This document shows positions 56,047 through 64,000 of a stretch of 64,000 nt of DNA, one piece after another. Each line of letters starts with the position of its first letter. Position 1 is the stretch's first letter. Position numbers and translations under genes: made by a program. Under the pieces are notes generated by a model. That model did no database searches, was not told the origin of the DNA, and worked only from the letters and a program-made list of their open reading frames with translations. Source of the DNA: an uncultured Roseibacillus sp. (GTDB lineage: Bacteria > Verrucomicrobiota > Verrucomicrobiia > Verrucomicrobiales > Akkermansiaceae); NCBI GenBank assembly GCA_964529725.1, contig CAZGXV010000001.1, positions 106,458 to 170,457 on the forward strand. Reading direction: 5' to 3'.

Positions 56047-58407
56047 CTAGTATTGATAGTTGATGTAGAAGTTGAACTGCCCTCCTTTGTCAGCTTCCTC
56101 GTCGAGGTCTGGCACTAGAACAGGGACTGCGTAATCCAGGGCCAGAGGACCCACTCCTGGAATGTCGAGACGGAGACCAAGACCTGCATCCGCATAGATA
56201 TCGTCGGGGGCAAAATCCCACGCGTCCTCGTTCACAAAGCCTGCATCGAAGAAGGCGGCCCCCCGTACTTTCTCGAAAATCGGGAAGGTGACCTCGGTCG
56301 TCACATACGCAGCTGTGCCACCGCCCAAGGCTTCCTGAGTGGCATTAGGACCAGTGCTGTCACGGGGGCCCAAATCACGGAACTCGAAACCTCGCAGGTC
56401 ACGCTGACCACCAAGGAAGACACGGTCGAAAATTGGCACGTTGCCGTCGCCATATGAATCCACGGTAGAAAACGAACCCCGGAGATTGAAAATCATGTCC
56501 CAAGGCAAGCTCCAGTGCTTAGCTCCGCTGGCCTCAAATTGGTAAGTCTCGACGTCTCCACCGATACCGAGAGTAAGCCCCAGAGTCGCCTTGTGGCCCT
56601 TGCGCGGCATAACGATGCTATCGCGACTATCATACTCGTAGACCAAGCCCAGCGCACTGCGCACAAAGTCACCTTCCTCCTGCATGAAGACCTCCGAACT
56701 ATCGCTATCAACATCGACCTCAATTTGCTCGAGACGGTACTCGACTCGAAGGGAACCTCGGCGACCCACGGCTCTCCTTAGAAAGACGGCCGCACCAAGA
56801 TTCTGTTGGTCATACTCCGGGCTCAGGAAAAACCTATTCTGGTAGTAGAGTTCGCCACCCAAGGAGAGCTTACGACCCATGAACCAAGGCTCAATCAACG
56901 ACACCTTGAAGTCTTGGCGTTCACTACCGAGACGCAATTGAGCCGAGAAGCGCTGACCACCGCCAGTGAACTTCCAAGGGTTCCGAATATCGAAGTTTCG
57001 CTGCTCCAAGTTGATGTAACCCACGATGCTATCAATGGAACTAAAGCCGGCACCAAAGTTCACTTCACCCGTCTTTCCCTCTTGCACCGCGACATTCAAA
57101 TCTCGGTATCCTGCCCGCGAGCTGCTGTCGCTGGTGACCTGGACCCCTTGGAAATAGCGAATGTTCTCCAAACGCTTCTGGGTGGTCTCCACGTTCACTG
57201 AGTTGAAAAAGTCGCCCGGTTTGAGGGGAACCTCGCGGCGAATCACTTTGTCCTGCGTTTTGTTGTTTCCAGAAATGTTGACCCGCCCGACCTTGAAGCG
57301 TTTTCCTTCTTTCACGCGGTAGGCAATGTTCACCAAGCCTGCACCCGCATCCTTGACCTCGGCCGAAATGTTCGCGTCAGCGTAACCACGAGATCCATAG
57401 TAGCTCCGGATGGCACGACGGTCGTCGTTGACCTTCTTGGCGGAGTAAGGCATTCCCGAAATCAAACTCAAGGCAGGCATCAGCTCCTCGGGCTTGAAGA
57501 CCGTCATGGGGCCGAACTGAATCTGATTCACATTATACTTTCCGCCCTCTTGGACTGAAATCACGAGGTCTACCCGGCCATCACGCACAGGAACCCGCTC
57601 CTCACCGAGGACTTTCGCGCGCAGGTAGCCGTTGTTCTGATAAAATCCTTTCACACTTTCCAAGTCGCGCTGCAACTGCTGGTTATCAATCCGACCTGAC
57701 TTGGTGATGAAGGAGAAGATGCCCTTTTGCTTGGTCTCCATCTCGCGGCGCAACTCCACATCCGAGAAGGCCTGATTCCCCTCAAAGCGAATCTTTCTCA
57801 CCTCGCTCTTCACTCCTTCATTGATTTGGAAAATGAGAGCGGTCACTCCTTCCCCCTCGTCCTGCAAACGGTGGGTAACGCTGACGTCGGGATAGCCAAA
57901 GCCGCGGTAGTATTCCTGGATATTACGACGCGCGGTCAAAATCTTGGCATCACTCAAAATCTCCCCTGCGGTCAGCTGGACTTCCTTGGCCAACTTGCGG
58001 TCAGAGAAGACTGAGTTACCCTGGAATCCAACAGTATCGAAGGTGCCCCGGGTAGTGACTTCGAAGATAACTTTCACCCCTCCGGTGACTTCTTCGCCCA
58101 AAACCTGCACGTCTTGCACGAGACCGCTTTCGTAGAGCCGCTTGACGTCCTCATCGACTACTCCGGCATCGAAGGATTGACCCACGCGAGTGGAGGTGAA
58201 AGACCGCAAACGCGATTCAGCTACCGTCTTGGGACCGTTGTAGCGAAACACGACCTGGGTTACTTTTAAATCAGGCTCCTCCAAGAAGTCCTGCCCCAAA
58301 ACATTGGTAGAGAACACCATCGATAAGGTGGCTACTACACACATCAAGGTTGTTTTCCACATTGAGCCAAATCGGCTTTCATTGAGTCCCACTGTCATCC
58401 CCGCCAT
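56047..58407 (-). CDS. bamA: Outer membrane protein assembly factor BamA
   Basis: Five POTRA-like repeats, GN.KTQDKVIRRE, GAGFSS, LGGQRDLRGF. Confidence 0.95.
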   Translation of the reverse strand: MAGMTVGLNESRFGSMWKTTLMCVVATLSMVFSTNVLGQDFLEEPDLKVTQVVFRYNGPKTVAESRLRSFTSTRVGQSFDAGVVDEDVKRLYESGLVQDVQVLGEEVTGGVKVIFEVTTRGTFDTVGFQGNSVFSDRKLAKEVQLTAGEILSDAKILTARRNIQEYYRGFGYPDVSVTHRLQDEGEGVTALIFQINEGVKSEVRKIRFEGNQAFSDVELRREMETKQKGIFSFITKSGRIDNQQLQRDLESVKGFYQNNGYLRAKVLGEERVPVRDGRVDLVISVQEGGKYNVNQIQFGPMTVFKPEELMPALSLISGMPYSAKKVNDDRRAIRSYYGSRGYADANISAEVKDAGAGLVNIAYRVKEGKRFKVGRVNISGNNKTQDKVIRREVPLKPGDFFNSVNVETTQKRLENIRYFQGVQVTSDSSSRAGYRDLNVAVQEGKTGEVNFGAGFSSIDSIVGYINLEQRNFDIRNPWKFTGGGQRFSAQLRLGSERQDFKVSLIEPWFMGRKLSLGGELYYQNRFFLSPEYDQQNLGAAVFLRRAVGRRGSLRVEYRLEQIEVDVDSDSSEVFMQEEGDFVRSALGLVYEYDSRDSIVMPRKGHKATLGLTLGIGGDVETYQFEASGAKHWSLPWDMIFNLRGSFSTVDSYGDGNVPIFDRVFLGGQRDLRGFEFRDLGPRDSTGPNATQEALGGGTAAYVTTEVTFPIFEKVRGAAFFDAGFVNEDAWDFAPDDIYADAGLGLRLDIPGVGPLALDYAVPVLVPDLDEEADKGGQFNFYINYQY

Positions 58408-58546
58408 CTGGACTCTGCCAGCGGACTTTCGTCAAGTTCAATGACCGTCAAAGCACCATTCGTCATGGCATTATTTTTCGAAAATGAGCACTCAATTAGC
58501 AAATCTCACTCTTGCACCCGATGCCTTGGTAGCTTAAGGGCACGCC

Positions 58547-60148
58547 ATGGCTCACCGAGTTCTTGTATCCGACCCTATCTCTGAAAGAGGCGTTGAACTG
58601 CTCAATGCTCATCCCGATATCGAAGCTGACTTCAACACCGGGCTCTCTCCCGAAGAATTGATCGCCATCATCGGCGACTACGAGGGCCTCGTAGTACGCT
58701 CCCAGACCAAGGTCACTCCGGACGTCCTGGCAGCAGCAAAAAACCTCAAGGTCATCGGCCGAGCTGGAGTGGGTGTCGATAACATCGACAAGGATGCTGC
58801 CAATCAGAGCGGAGTCATTGTCATGAACACCCCCACCGGAAACACGATTTCCACGGCGGAGCACGCTTTCACCCTGATGCTCTCTGCTGCCCGCAACATT
58901 GCCCCGGGCTACAACTCGGTCTTGGCAGGTGAATTTGCAGCCGGTCGCAAGGCGAATCAAGGGATCGAAATGGATGGCAAGCGTCTCGCTGTCATTGGCA
59001 TGGGCCGCATCGGCACCGAGTTTGTCAAACGGGCGCAGGCCTTTAATATGAAGGTGGTGGCCTTCGATCCCTACCTGACGCAAAGTCGCGCTGACCAGCT
59101 GAAGGTCGAACTTGCCGAAACACCTGACAAGGCTCTCACCGGTGCCGACGTGGTGACGCTTCATGTTCCTCTTAACGATGGCACCAAGGGCATCATTAAT
59201 GCCGAACGTCTCGCTCTCATGAACCAAGGGGCACTTGTGGTGAACTGTGCTCGTGGAGGCCTCATCGACGAAACAGCACTCAAGGCAGCCATCGATTCCG
59301 GCCACATTGCCGGATGCGCGCTCGATGTCTTCGAAAGCGAACCACCTGCCGCCGATCACCCCCTCCTTTCTCTCAAAAAGTTTGTCGCCTTTACCCCTCA
59401 TCTCGGAGCTTCCACCGCCGAAGCCCAAGAAAACGTGGGCATCCAAGTCGCTGAACAAGTGCGCGACTTTCTTGCCACCGGAGAAATCCGAAATGCCATC
59501 AACATGCCTTCCCTCGACGCCAGTGCGCGCGCCGAGATTGGACCTTATCTCGATTTATCGGCTTCGTTGGGCAAACTTCTCGCCAAGCTCGGCCCTGCGA
59601 ACCCCGATGCCCTGCGAGTCTCCTACCACGGACCTTTGGCCAAAAAAGACACCGGACTCGTCTCACGCACTGCCTTAACCCATTTTCTGGAGGCTTCTCG
59701 CTGCGATGGCCAAGTCAATATCGTCAATGCTCCCGGCATCGCGGCCCAGATGGGTCTCGAGTTGGTAGAATCCACCATCAATGCGCAAACTGAATATAGT
59801 GAGCTCTTAGTGGTTGAATTGCGAAAGGGTGACCAGCGCTTCCGTCTCGCTGGTAGCCTCATCGGCAGCTCTCCGCGCATTGTGGAAATTGACAAACTCT
59901 ATGTCGACACCAACATCAGCGGCCACTTCCTTATCGTCCGCAACGACGATCGCCCCGGCATCGTGGGTGCGGTCGGCACCCTTCTGGGAGCGGCTGGCGT
60001 CAATATCGCCAATTTGTCATTAGCCCGCAACAAGAGCGACGGCAACGCCCTCACCGTTATCGAAGTTGATGACCCGCTTTCCCCTGAAATCATGGACCAA
60101 ATTCGGGCCGTGCCGGGTGTTCTGCACTCCACGGGAGTTAGTTTGTAA
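58547..60148 (+). CDS. serA: D-3-phosphoglycerate dehydrogenase (with ASB and ACT domains)
   Basis: GRAGVGVDNID, NTPTGN, GMGRIG, NCARGG, DVFESEP, TPHLGAST, NDDRPGIVG. Confidence 0.97.
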   Translation: MAHRVLVSDPISERGVELLNAHPDIEADFNTGLSPEELIAIIGDYEGLVVRSQTKVTPDVLAAAKNLKVIGRAGVGVDNIDKDAANQSGVIVMNTPTGNTISTAEHAFTLMLSAARNIAPGYNSVLAGEFAAGRKANQGIEMDGKRLAVIGMGRIGTEFVKRAQAFNMKVVAFDPYLTQSRADQLKVELAETPDKALTGADVVTLHVPLNDGTKGIINAERLALMNQGALVVNCARGGLIDETALKAAIDSGHIAGCALDVFESEPPAADHPLLSLKKFVAFTPHLGASTAEAQENVGIQVAEQVRDFLATGEIRNAINMPSLDASARAEIGPYLDLSASLGKLLAKLGPANPDALRVSYHGPLAKKDTGLVSRTALTHFLEASRCDGQVNIVNAPGIAAQMGLELVESTINAQTEYSELLVVELRKGDQRFRLAGSLIGSSPRIVEIDKLYVDTNISGHFLIVRNDDRPGIVGAVGTLLGAAGVNIANLSLARNKSDGNALTVIEVDDPLSPEIMDQIRAVPGVLHSTGVSL

Positions 60149-60214
60149 TTATGTAACAATGAGATCAATTTTTCATTGTCACTCTCTTCCCACTCCTTCA
60201 CAATCCGTCCAGCG

Positions 60215-60643
60215 ATGAAAAAACTGATTCTAGCAGCAGCGTTTTTGTGCCTTGGCAGCGTAGCCTACGGCGATATTCAAGCCCCTCCAGGAGCTCAGTA
60301 TACCTCTTCCCGCAAGTTGGGACGGGCTATCAGCAACATCCTCTACGGTGTCATGGAAATTCCTGAGCAAATCGTTCGCCAATCAGATGTCGGTGGTCGC
60401 AAGGCGGGATGGTCTTATGGACTGGTGAATGGAACACAGCGTGCTTTCAAGCGCCTTGGTTATGGCTTCTACGAGCTCTTCACTTTCCATTGCCCGACTT
60501 ACAAAGGAACTTTCAAGCCCCCTTACAGCAAGTGCGGCAAGGATTGGCGTGTTGAGATGGACCCCAGCGATGGTCTTTCTGAGTTTCCACCCGAGCTTGG
60601 GTTCGAAACTCACTTCATGCACTCTCGCACCCAGACTTGGTAA
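60215..60643 (+). CDS. Exosortase system-associated protein, TIGR04073-like
   Basis: Signal peptide; SRKLGRAISNILYGVMEIP...G...RLGYGFYELFTF matches the recalled family pattern. Confidence 0.75.
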   Translation: MKKLILAAAFLCLGSVAYGDIQAPPGAQYTSSRKLGRAISNILYGVMEIPEQIVRQSDVGGRKAGWSYGLVNGTQRAFKRLGYGFYELFTFHCPTYKGTFKPPYSKCGKDWRVEMDPSDGLSEFPPELGFETHFMHSRTQTW

Positions 60644-60669
60644 GTTTCTCTCAAGTTTTCAGACTTTAG

Positions 60670-60704
60670 AAAAAACCGGTAGGATTTCCCTATCGGTTTT
60701 TTTT
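60670..60704 (+). terminator. Rho-independent terminator
   Basis: AAAAAACCGGTAGG-ATTTC-CCTATCGGTTTTTTTT: stem with one G-T pair plus T-tract. Confidence 0.85.
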
Positions 60705-60759
60705 GACCTCTAGCCAAAAAAGATAGAAACAAAAACAACTTATCGACGCTCTAACAATT

Positions 60760-61521
60760 GTGAAGCTTCGCTCCCGAACCATTCTTCTTTCTCTCGCAGT
60801 CAGCGCTCTCGCTTCACCTTGCTGGGGTGAGGTACGTTCTTGGAAAAGCAGCGACGGCACCAAAACCCTCCGCGCTGACTTCCTTTCCAGAGATGAGGCC
60901 ACCGTCACTCTGAGGCGGACCGATGGTCGTGTTTTGACCTTTGCTATCGAAAAGCTACATCAGAGCGAACAAGACTTTCTTGAGAAAAAGTATCCCTATT
61001 CCCCGCCCGAAGGTGAGAAGGAGCCGGTAGGAGATGCCTTTGGCCCCCTTCGATTCGGTGACAGCCGTAACGAGGTTGAGGAGAAGCTTCTCGCCTCCAG
61101 CATCGTCAAGACTGACGTCGATAAAACACTCTTCGGAAGAACCGGACTCAACGGCATCTTCGAAACTTCCCAAACCATCGGAGGTCTTTCTTGTTTTCTT
61201 TATTTTGATTGGAACAAGTCCGGAAACCTCCAAGAAGTCACCCTCCGCACTAAGGCCCTCGCAAAAAGCTCTTATAGCACCAAACTGCATGGCACTTGGA
61301 ACGAGCTCATCGCCCTGCTCAACAAGCTCTACGGAAAACCTATTTCGACCTCGCCCTATCCGGAGCAAAAAGAGCTCCAAGATGGTCTCATGCTCGCCTC
61401 CCACCTTTGGCGCACCAGCGACGGCTACTCGGTTCTTTTGGGACCTGGTCAGCAGCAGTCCAACTATAACGTCAGCGTCCGCTTCACGACCAAGCGTATC
61501 CAACCAGTGGTCATTCCCTAG
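60760..61521 (+). CDS. Secreted protein with N-terminal SHD1 domain
   Basis: Signal peptide; RSWKSSDGTKTLRADFLS...VTLRRTDG...LHQSEQDFL. Confidence 0.8.
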   Translation: MKLRSRTILLSLAVSALASPCWGEVRSWKSSDGTKTLRADFLSRDEATVTLRRTDGRVLTFAIEKLHQSEQDFLEKKYPYSPPEGEKEPVGDAFGPLRFGDSRNEVEEKLLASSIVKTDVDKTLFGRTGLNGIFETSQTIGGLSCFLYFDWNKSGNLQEVTLRTKALAKSSYSTKLHGTWNELIALLNKLYGKPISTSPYPEQKELQDGLMLASHLWRTSDGYSVLLGPGQQQSNYNVSVRFTTKRIQPVVIP

Positions 61522-61536
61522 GGACTTTGGACCAGC

Positions 61537-62091
61537 TCAATTCCCCCCTAACACCCCTCGCCGGCGTCGACCAATCAATGTGACAAGCGACAAGGCTATC
61601 AGGACGGAGGCTCCGGGCTCGGGCACAATCGTGACGGGTTGCACTGGCACTCCTTGGACCACGACGGTGCGGAACACCGGACGATAAAGAAGAGTTGGCG
61701 ACGTTCTTCGCTCATCACGCTGGACCTGCATCGTCAGACGGTAGCTTTCCATCGGGCTGTAGTCATCGGCTTTTAGCGCGACGAGAGTCTCATAACCATC
61801 CCAAACTGGGGTCGATAATCGAATCACCTCCTGCTTTTCTTCCAAAGGCATGCTCACAAATTGGGAGAACATCTGCTTCGGAGGCTGGTCCATCTCAAAA
61901 TTATAATGAGTGACGGTGTCCGCTTGGACACGGAGATACGAAACATGATTCACCCTTGAGCCCGGTTTTTCCGTCCGACACTGCGAGAGAAGAAGAAAAA
62001 AGACCATGTGGACTCCAAAGAGCCCGGCCGCCAGGAAAGGTAGCCATTTTTTACGGCCATCTTTCCTTTTCTTTTTGAAAACTTGAGTCAT
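61537..62091 (-). CDS. PEP-CTERM sorting domain protein
   Basis: C-terminal IVPEPGASVLIALSLVTLIGRRRR; basic N-terminus followed by a hydrophobic helix. Confidence 0.85.
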   Translation of the reverse strand: MTQVFKKKRKDGRKKWLPFLAAGLFGVHMVFFLLLSQCRTEKPGSRVNHVSYLRVQADTVTHYNFEMDQPPKQMFSQFVSMPLEEKQEVIRLSTPVWDGYETLVALKADDYSPMESYRLTMQVQRDERRTSPTLLYRPVFRTVVVQGVPVQPVTIVPEPGASVLIALSLVTLIGRRRRGVLGGN

Positions 62092-62228
62092 GGAACACTA
62101 CTATTTTAACTAATTTAAAAACAAAGTCACTTTAATATTTCATCAAGACAAAATTATCTGAAATTCCAGAATCAGTCACTTTTCGCCCTCGGGGCGATTA
62201 AGCGAGGGGCCAAGTTGCTTTATTTACT

Positions 62229-62393
62229 CAATCATTCGACCAAGAAGCATCGGAGAGATTGGATTTTTTTGACGGGAAAATCAGAGCCGTAAAGTTTTGG
62301 AGAAGGTGGCATTTCAAGACGCGGCCCGAACAACCAGTTTGGATTCTGATCTTGAGCCAATTTTACCGAACTTTTTCCAGCTTGATCGCCCTG
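62229..62393. repeat. Copy of dispersed intergenic repeat (with ~20 bp internal deletion)
   Basis: GACCAAGA..GAGATTGGATTTTTTTGACGGGAAAA..GAGCCG..TGGCA..CAGCTTGATCG aligns with 54547-54732. Confidence 0.8.
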
Positions 62394-62484
62394 CCGAATT
62401 TTCTCAGGCCCGGTAAAAGATAGCGAGAGAACCTGTGCCCTTTACCAGCGCGCAAGAAAGTTCGACCCTTCTGTGAGAATCAAT

Positions 62485-62512
62485 TTGCTCCTGCTGATAT
62501 CTCGGTTATTCT
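62485..62512 (+). promoter_or_regulatory. Sigma70-type promoter for the 6S-like RNA
   Basis: TTGCTC (62485-62490), 16-nt spacer, TATTCT (62507-62512); predicted +1 G at 62519 coincides with the 5' end of the hairpin. Confidence 0.65.
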
Positions 62513-62518
62513 GCAAAC

Positions 62519-62696
62519 GTCTCCTGTGGTCGCTACTAAGGCAGCGAGCTCGGACCGATATTTAAAATAATGGGGGCAGCCCCGCGGGATGTGAATGTCG
62601 CGCCTTTTTAGGAGGGCAGACGCGGTCCCCGGAGTCCCCAACCTGTTGAGTCTTCGGAACGCAGCTCATCGCGGCCTTTGTGGTCACAGAGGATAC
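62519..62696 (+). ncRNA. ssrS: 6S RNA-like long hairpin RNA (~178 nt)
   Basis: Hand fold: closing stem (CTGTGG/TCACAG, AAGG/CCTT, GAGCT/AGCTC, CCGA/TCGG), central bubble (TATTTAAAATAAT opposite AACCTGTTGAGTCT), terminal stem (GGGGGC/GTCCCC, GGGAT/GTCCC, CCT-TTTT-AGG). CCGATATTT resembles the E. coli 6S 5' bubble. G-U pairs favour the + strand. Flanked by promoter and terminator. Confidence 0.75.
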
Positions 62697-62699
62697 ATC

Positions 62700-62735
62700 A
62701 ATCCGCTCTCGCGCTAGTCGCAGAGCGGATTTTTT
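62700..62735 (+). terminator. Rho-independent terminator immediately after the 6S-like RNA
   Basis: 10-bp stem AATCCGCTCT/AGAGCGGATT followed by TTTT. Confidence 0.8.
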
Positions 62736-62815
62736 GTGGAAAGGCGCGCCTGATTCATCAAGTGGTGCTGCGGACTGGTATCGAAAAAACAGCCACCGCG
62801 ATCACCGGACCTTCT

Positions 62816-63325
62816 TCACCAGTTCACTCCGAACTCAACATTCCGCCACAGGATTTCTTCCTCTTGGAAGACAAAACGACCCCGGAAGGTCTGCCCGGCA
62901 AGCATCTCGCCCAGCCAGTAACGATCATCGTTCCACATGCGTTGGTAAGGAATCTCGTCCACCCGCGTCCACAAAGGAATGGCCTCGGGGGTCGAAGTAG
63001 GGGTCCCCTCGTAACCGGTCGCGGTGAAGACATGGCAATGGATGTCCGGCATGTCCGACATTGCGAAAAAGAGCTCCCCCATCTTCTTCACTCCCGTTGC
63101 AGTCACGCAGAGTTCCTCCTGGGTCTCGCGAATGGCACACTCCAAGGGAGTCTCCCCGGGGTCGATTTTTCCGCCGGGGCCATTGACTTTCCCAGCACCG
63201 ATGCCCCGCTGTTTTTCGATTAAGAGCACTTCCCCGTCCACTTGGATGAACATCAAGGTGGCACGCATCCCCGGTTCCCAGGTTTCCCAATCAACCGGAC
63301 AGTCTTCTTTGCTCATCGCTGACAT
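62816..63325 (-). CDS. NUDIX hydrolase, 8-oxo-dGTP diphosphatase (MTH1/MutT-like)
   Basis: KQRGIGAGKVNGPGGKIDPGETPLECAIRETQEE Nudix box; MWNDDRYWL. Start may be 63316, 63325 or 63352. Confidence 0.9.
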   Translation of the reverse strand: MSAMSKEDCPVDWETWEPGMRATLMFIQVDGEVLLIEKQRGIGAGKVNGPGGKIDPGETPLECAIRETQEELCVTATGVKKMGELFFAMSDMPDIHCHVFTATGYEGTPTSTPEAIPLWTRVDEIPYQRMWNDDRYWLGEMLAGQTFRGRFVFQEEEILWRNVEFGVNW

Positions 63326-63348
63326 CACACTCCTTTTGCAACCGGAGA

Positions 63349-64000
63349 TCAATCCTCGGCAAAGGCATCCATGCCCTCACAGGTGCAAACGAGATTCCGA
63401 TCCCCGTGAACGTTGTCCACCCGTCCTACTGGCGACCAGAACTTCCACTCCCGCAAATTATCGACCGGCCACGCAGCCTCCGCCCGGGTGTAGGGATGCG
63501 TCCACTCATCAGCGGTGACCATCTCCGTGGTGTGGGGTGCGTTCTTGAGAACATTGTCAGTGGCATCACTCTCTCCGCTTGCCACCGCCTTCATTTCTCC
63601 CGCAATGGCAATCATGGCCTCACAGAAGCGGTCAATCTCGCGTTTGCCCTCCGACTCGGTAGGCTCGATCATCAGCGTGCCCGCAACTGGCCAACTCATG
63701 GTCGGGGCATGGAAGCCGTAATCAATGAGACGCTTAGCGACATCCTCCACGCTGAGGCCGCTTTCCTTCGCTAGGTCGCGTACATCGAGAATACACTCAT
63801 GAGCCACCAAGCCATTGCGGCCCTTGTAGAGTACGGGAAAGGCATTCTCTAAGCGTTTGGAAATGTAGTTTGCTAATAGGAGAGAAACGCGGGTCGCCTC
63901 GGTCAATCCTTCGGCACCCATCATGCGAATATACATCCACGAAATAACATTGATGGAGGCACTTCCCCAAGGCGCAGCCGAGACCGCATTGTCAGCATCC
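63349..64000 (-). CDS. gcvP: Glycine dehydrogenase (decarboxylating), C-terminal part; 5' end outside the window
   Basis: WGSAS...[51 protein letters not shown]. Confidence 0.97.
   Translation of the reverse strand, partial: DADNAVSAAPWGSASINVISWMYIRMMGAEGLTEATRVSLLLANYISKRLENAFPVLYKGRNGLVAHECILDVRDLAKESGLSVEDVAKRLIDYGFHAPTMSWPVAGTLMIEPTESEGKREIDRFCEAMIAIAGEMKAVASGESDATDNVLKNAPHTTEMVTADEWTHPYTRAEAAWPVDNLREWKFWSPVGRVDNVHGDRNLVCTCEGMDAFAED

Noticed and set aside
62125-62182. AGTCACTTT direct repeat (62125-62133, 62174-62182) upstream of the PEP-CTERM gene
   Set aside because: Two 9-mers in AT-rich DNA can arise by chance; no regulator or comparative support is available.
62519-62696. Reading the structured RNA on the minus strand, or as SRP RNA or tRNA
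   Set aside because: Many G-U pairs become A-C mismatches on the minus strand, and promoter and terminator point to +. No SRP GGAAGGAAGCAGC loop or cloverleaf is present.
1-64000. CRISPR array, tRNA, rRNA, prophage or intact transposase
   Set aside because: No regularly spaced repeats, T-loop/cloverleaf signatures, phage structural genes or full-length transposase ORFs were seen by eye; short elements could have been missed.

Overview
A 64-kb stretch of a bacterial chromosome, mostly housekeeping and cell-envelope genes. I infer a Verrucomicrobiota (Verrucomicrobiales-like) source from the PEP-CTERM protein, a TIGR04073-like protein, two SHD1-domain proteins and secreted proteins ending in a shared F[YF]RL C-terminal domain. 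Core genes: guaBA, riboflavin synthase, an ABC-F ATPase, a Rep/UvrD helicase, mgtE, hslO, ubiE, hprK, ygfZ, ftsB, a PTS EIIA, bamA, serA and the 3' end of gcvP. A Ser/Thr kinase missing from the ORF track runs off the left edge (1-1641, minus strand). Most notable items: (1) a C5 DNA methyltransferase plus a two-domain PD-(D/E)xK nuclease (39886-42331), flanked on both sides by differently deleted remnants of one IS5-family element; (2) a six-gene Cys-rich leader / MFP / ABC ATPase / two MacB-like permeases / PWDxCC lipoprotein cluster (23419-28882) that looks like an uncharacterised metal- or thiol-linked exporter; (3) a ~178-nt 6S-like RNA with its own sigma70-type promoter and terminator (62485-62735); (4) a dispersed ~170-bp intergenic repeat whose hairpin is conserved between two copies; (5) a type III PKS plus flavoprotein pair; (6) two secreted serine proteases sharing a probable C-terminal sorting domain; (7) several apparent pseudo-enzymes (thioredoxin without CxxC, acyltransferase without HX4D, peptidase without HExxH). 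No tRNA, rRNA or CRISPR array was seen. All family assignments come from motif reading and recall, not database searches.
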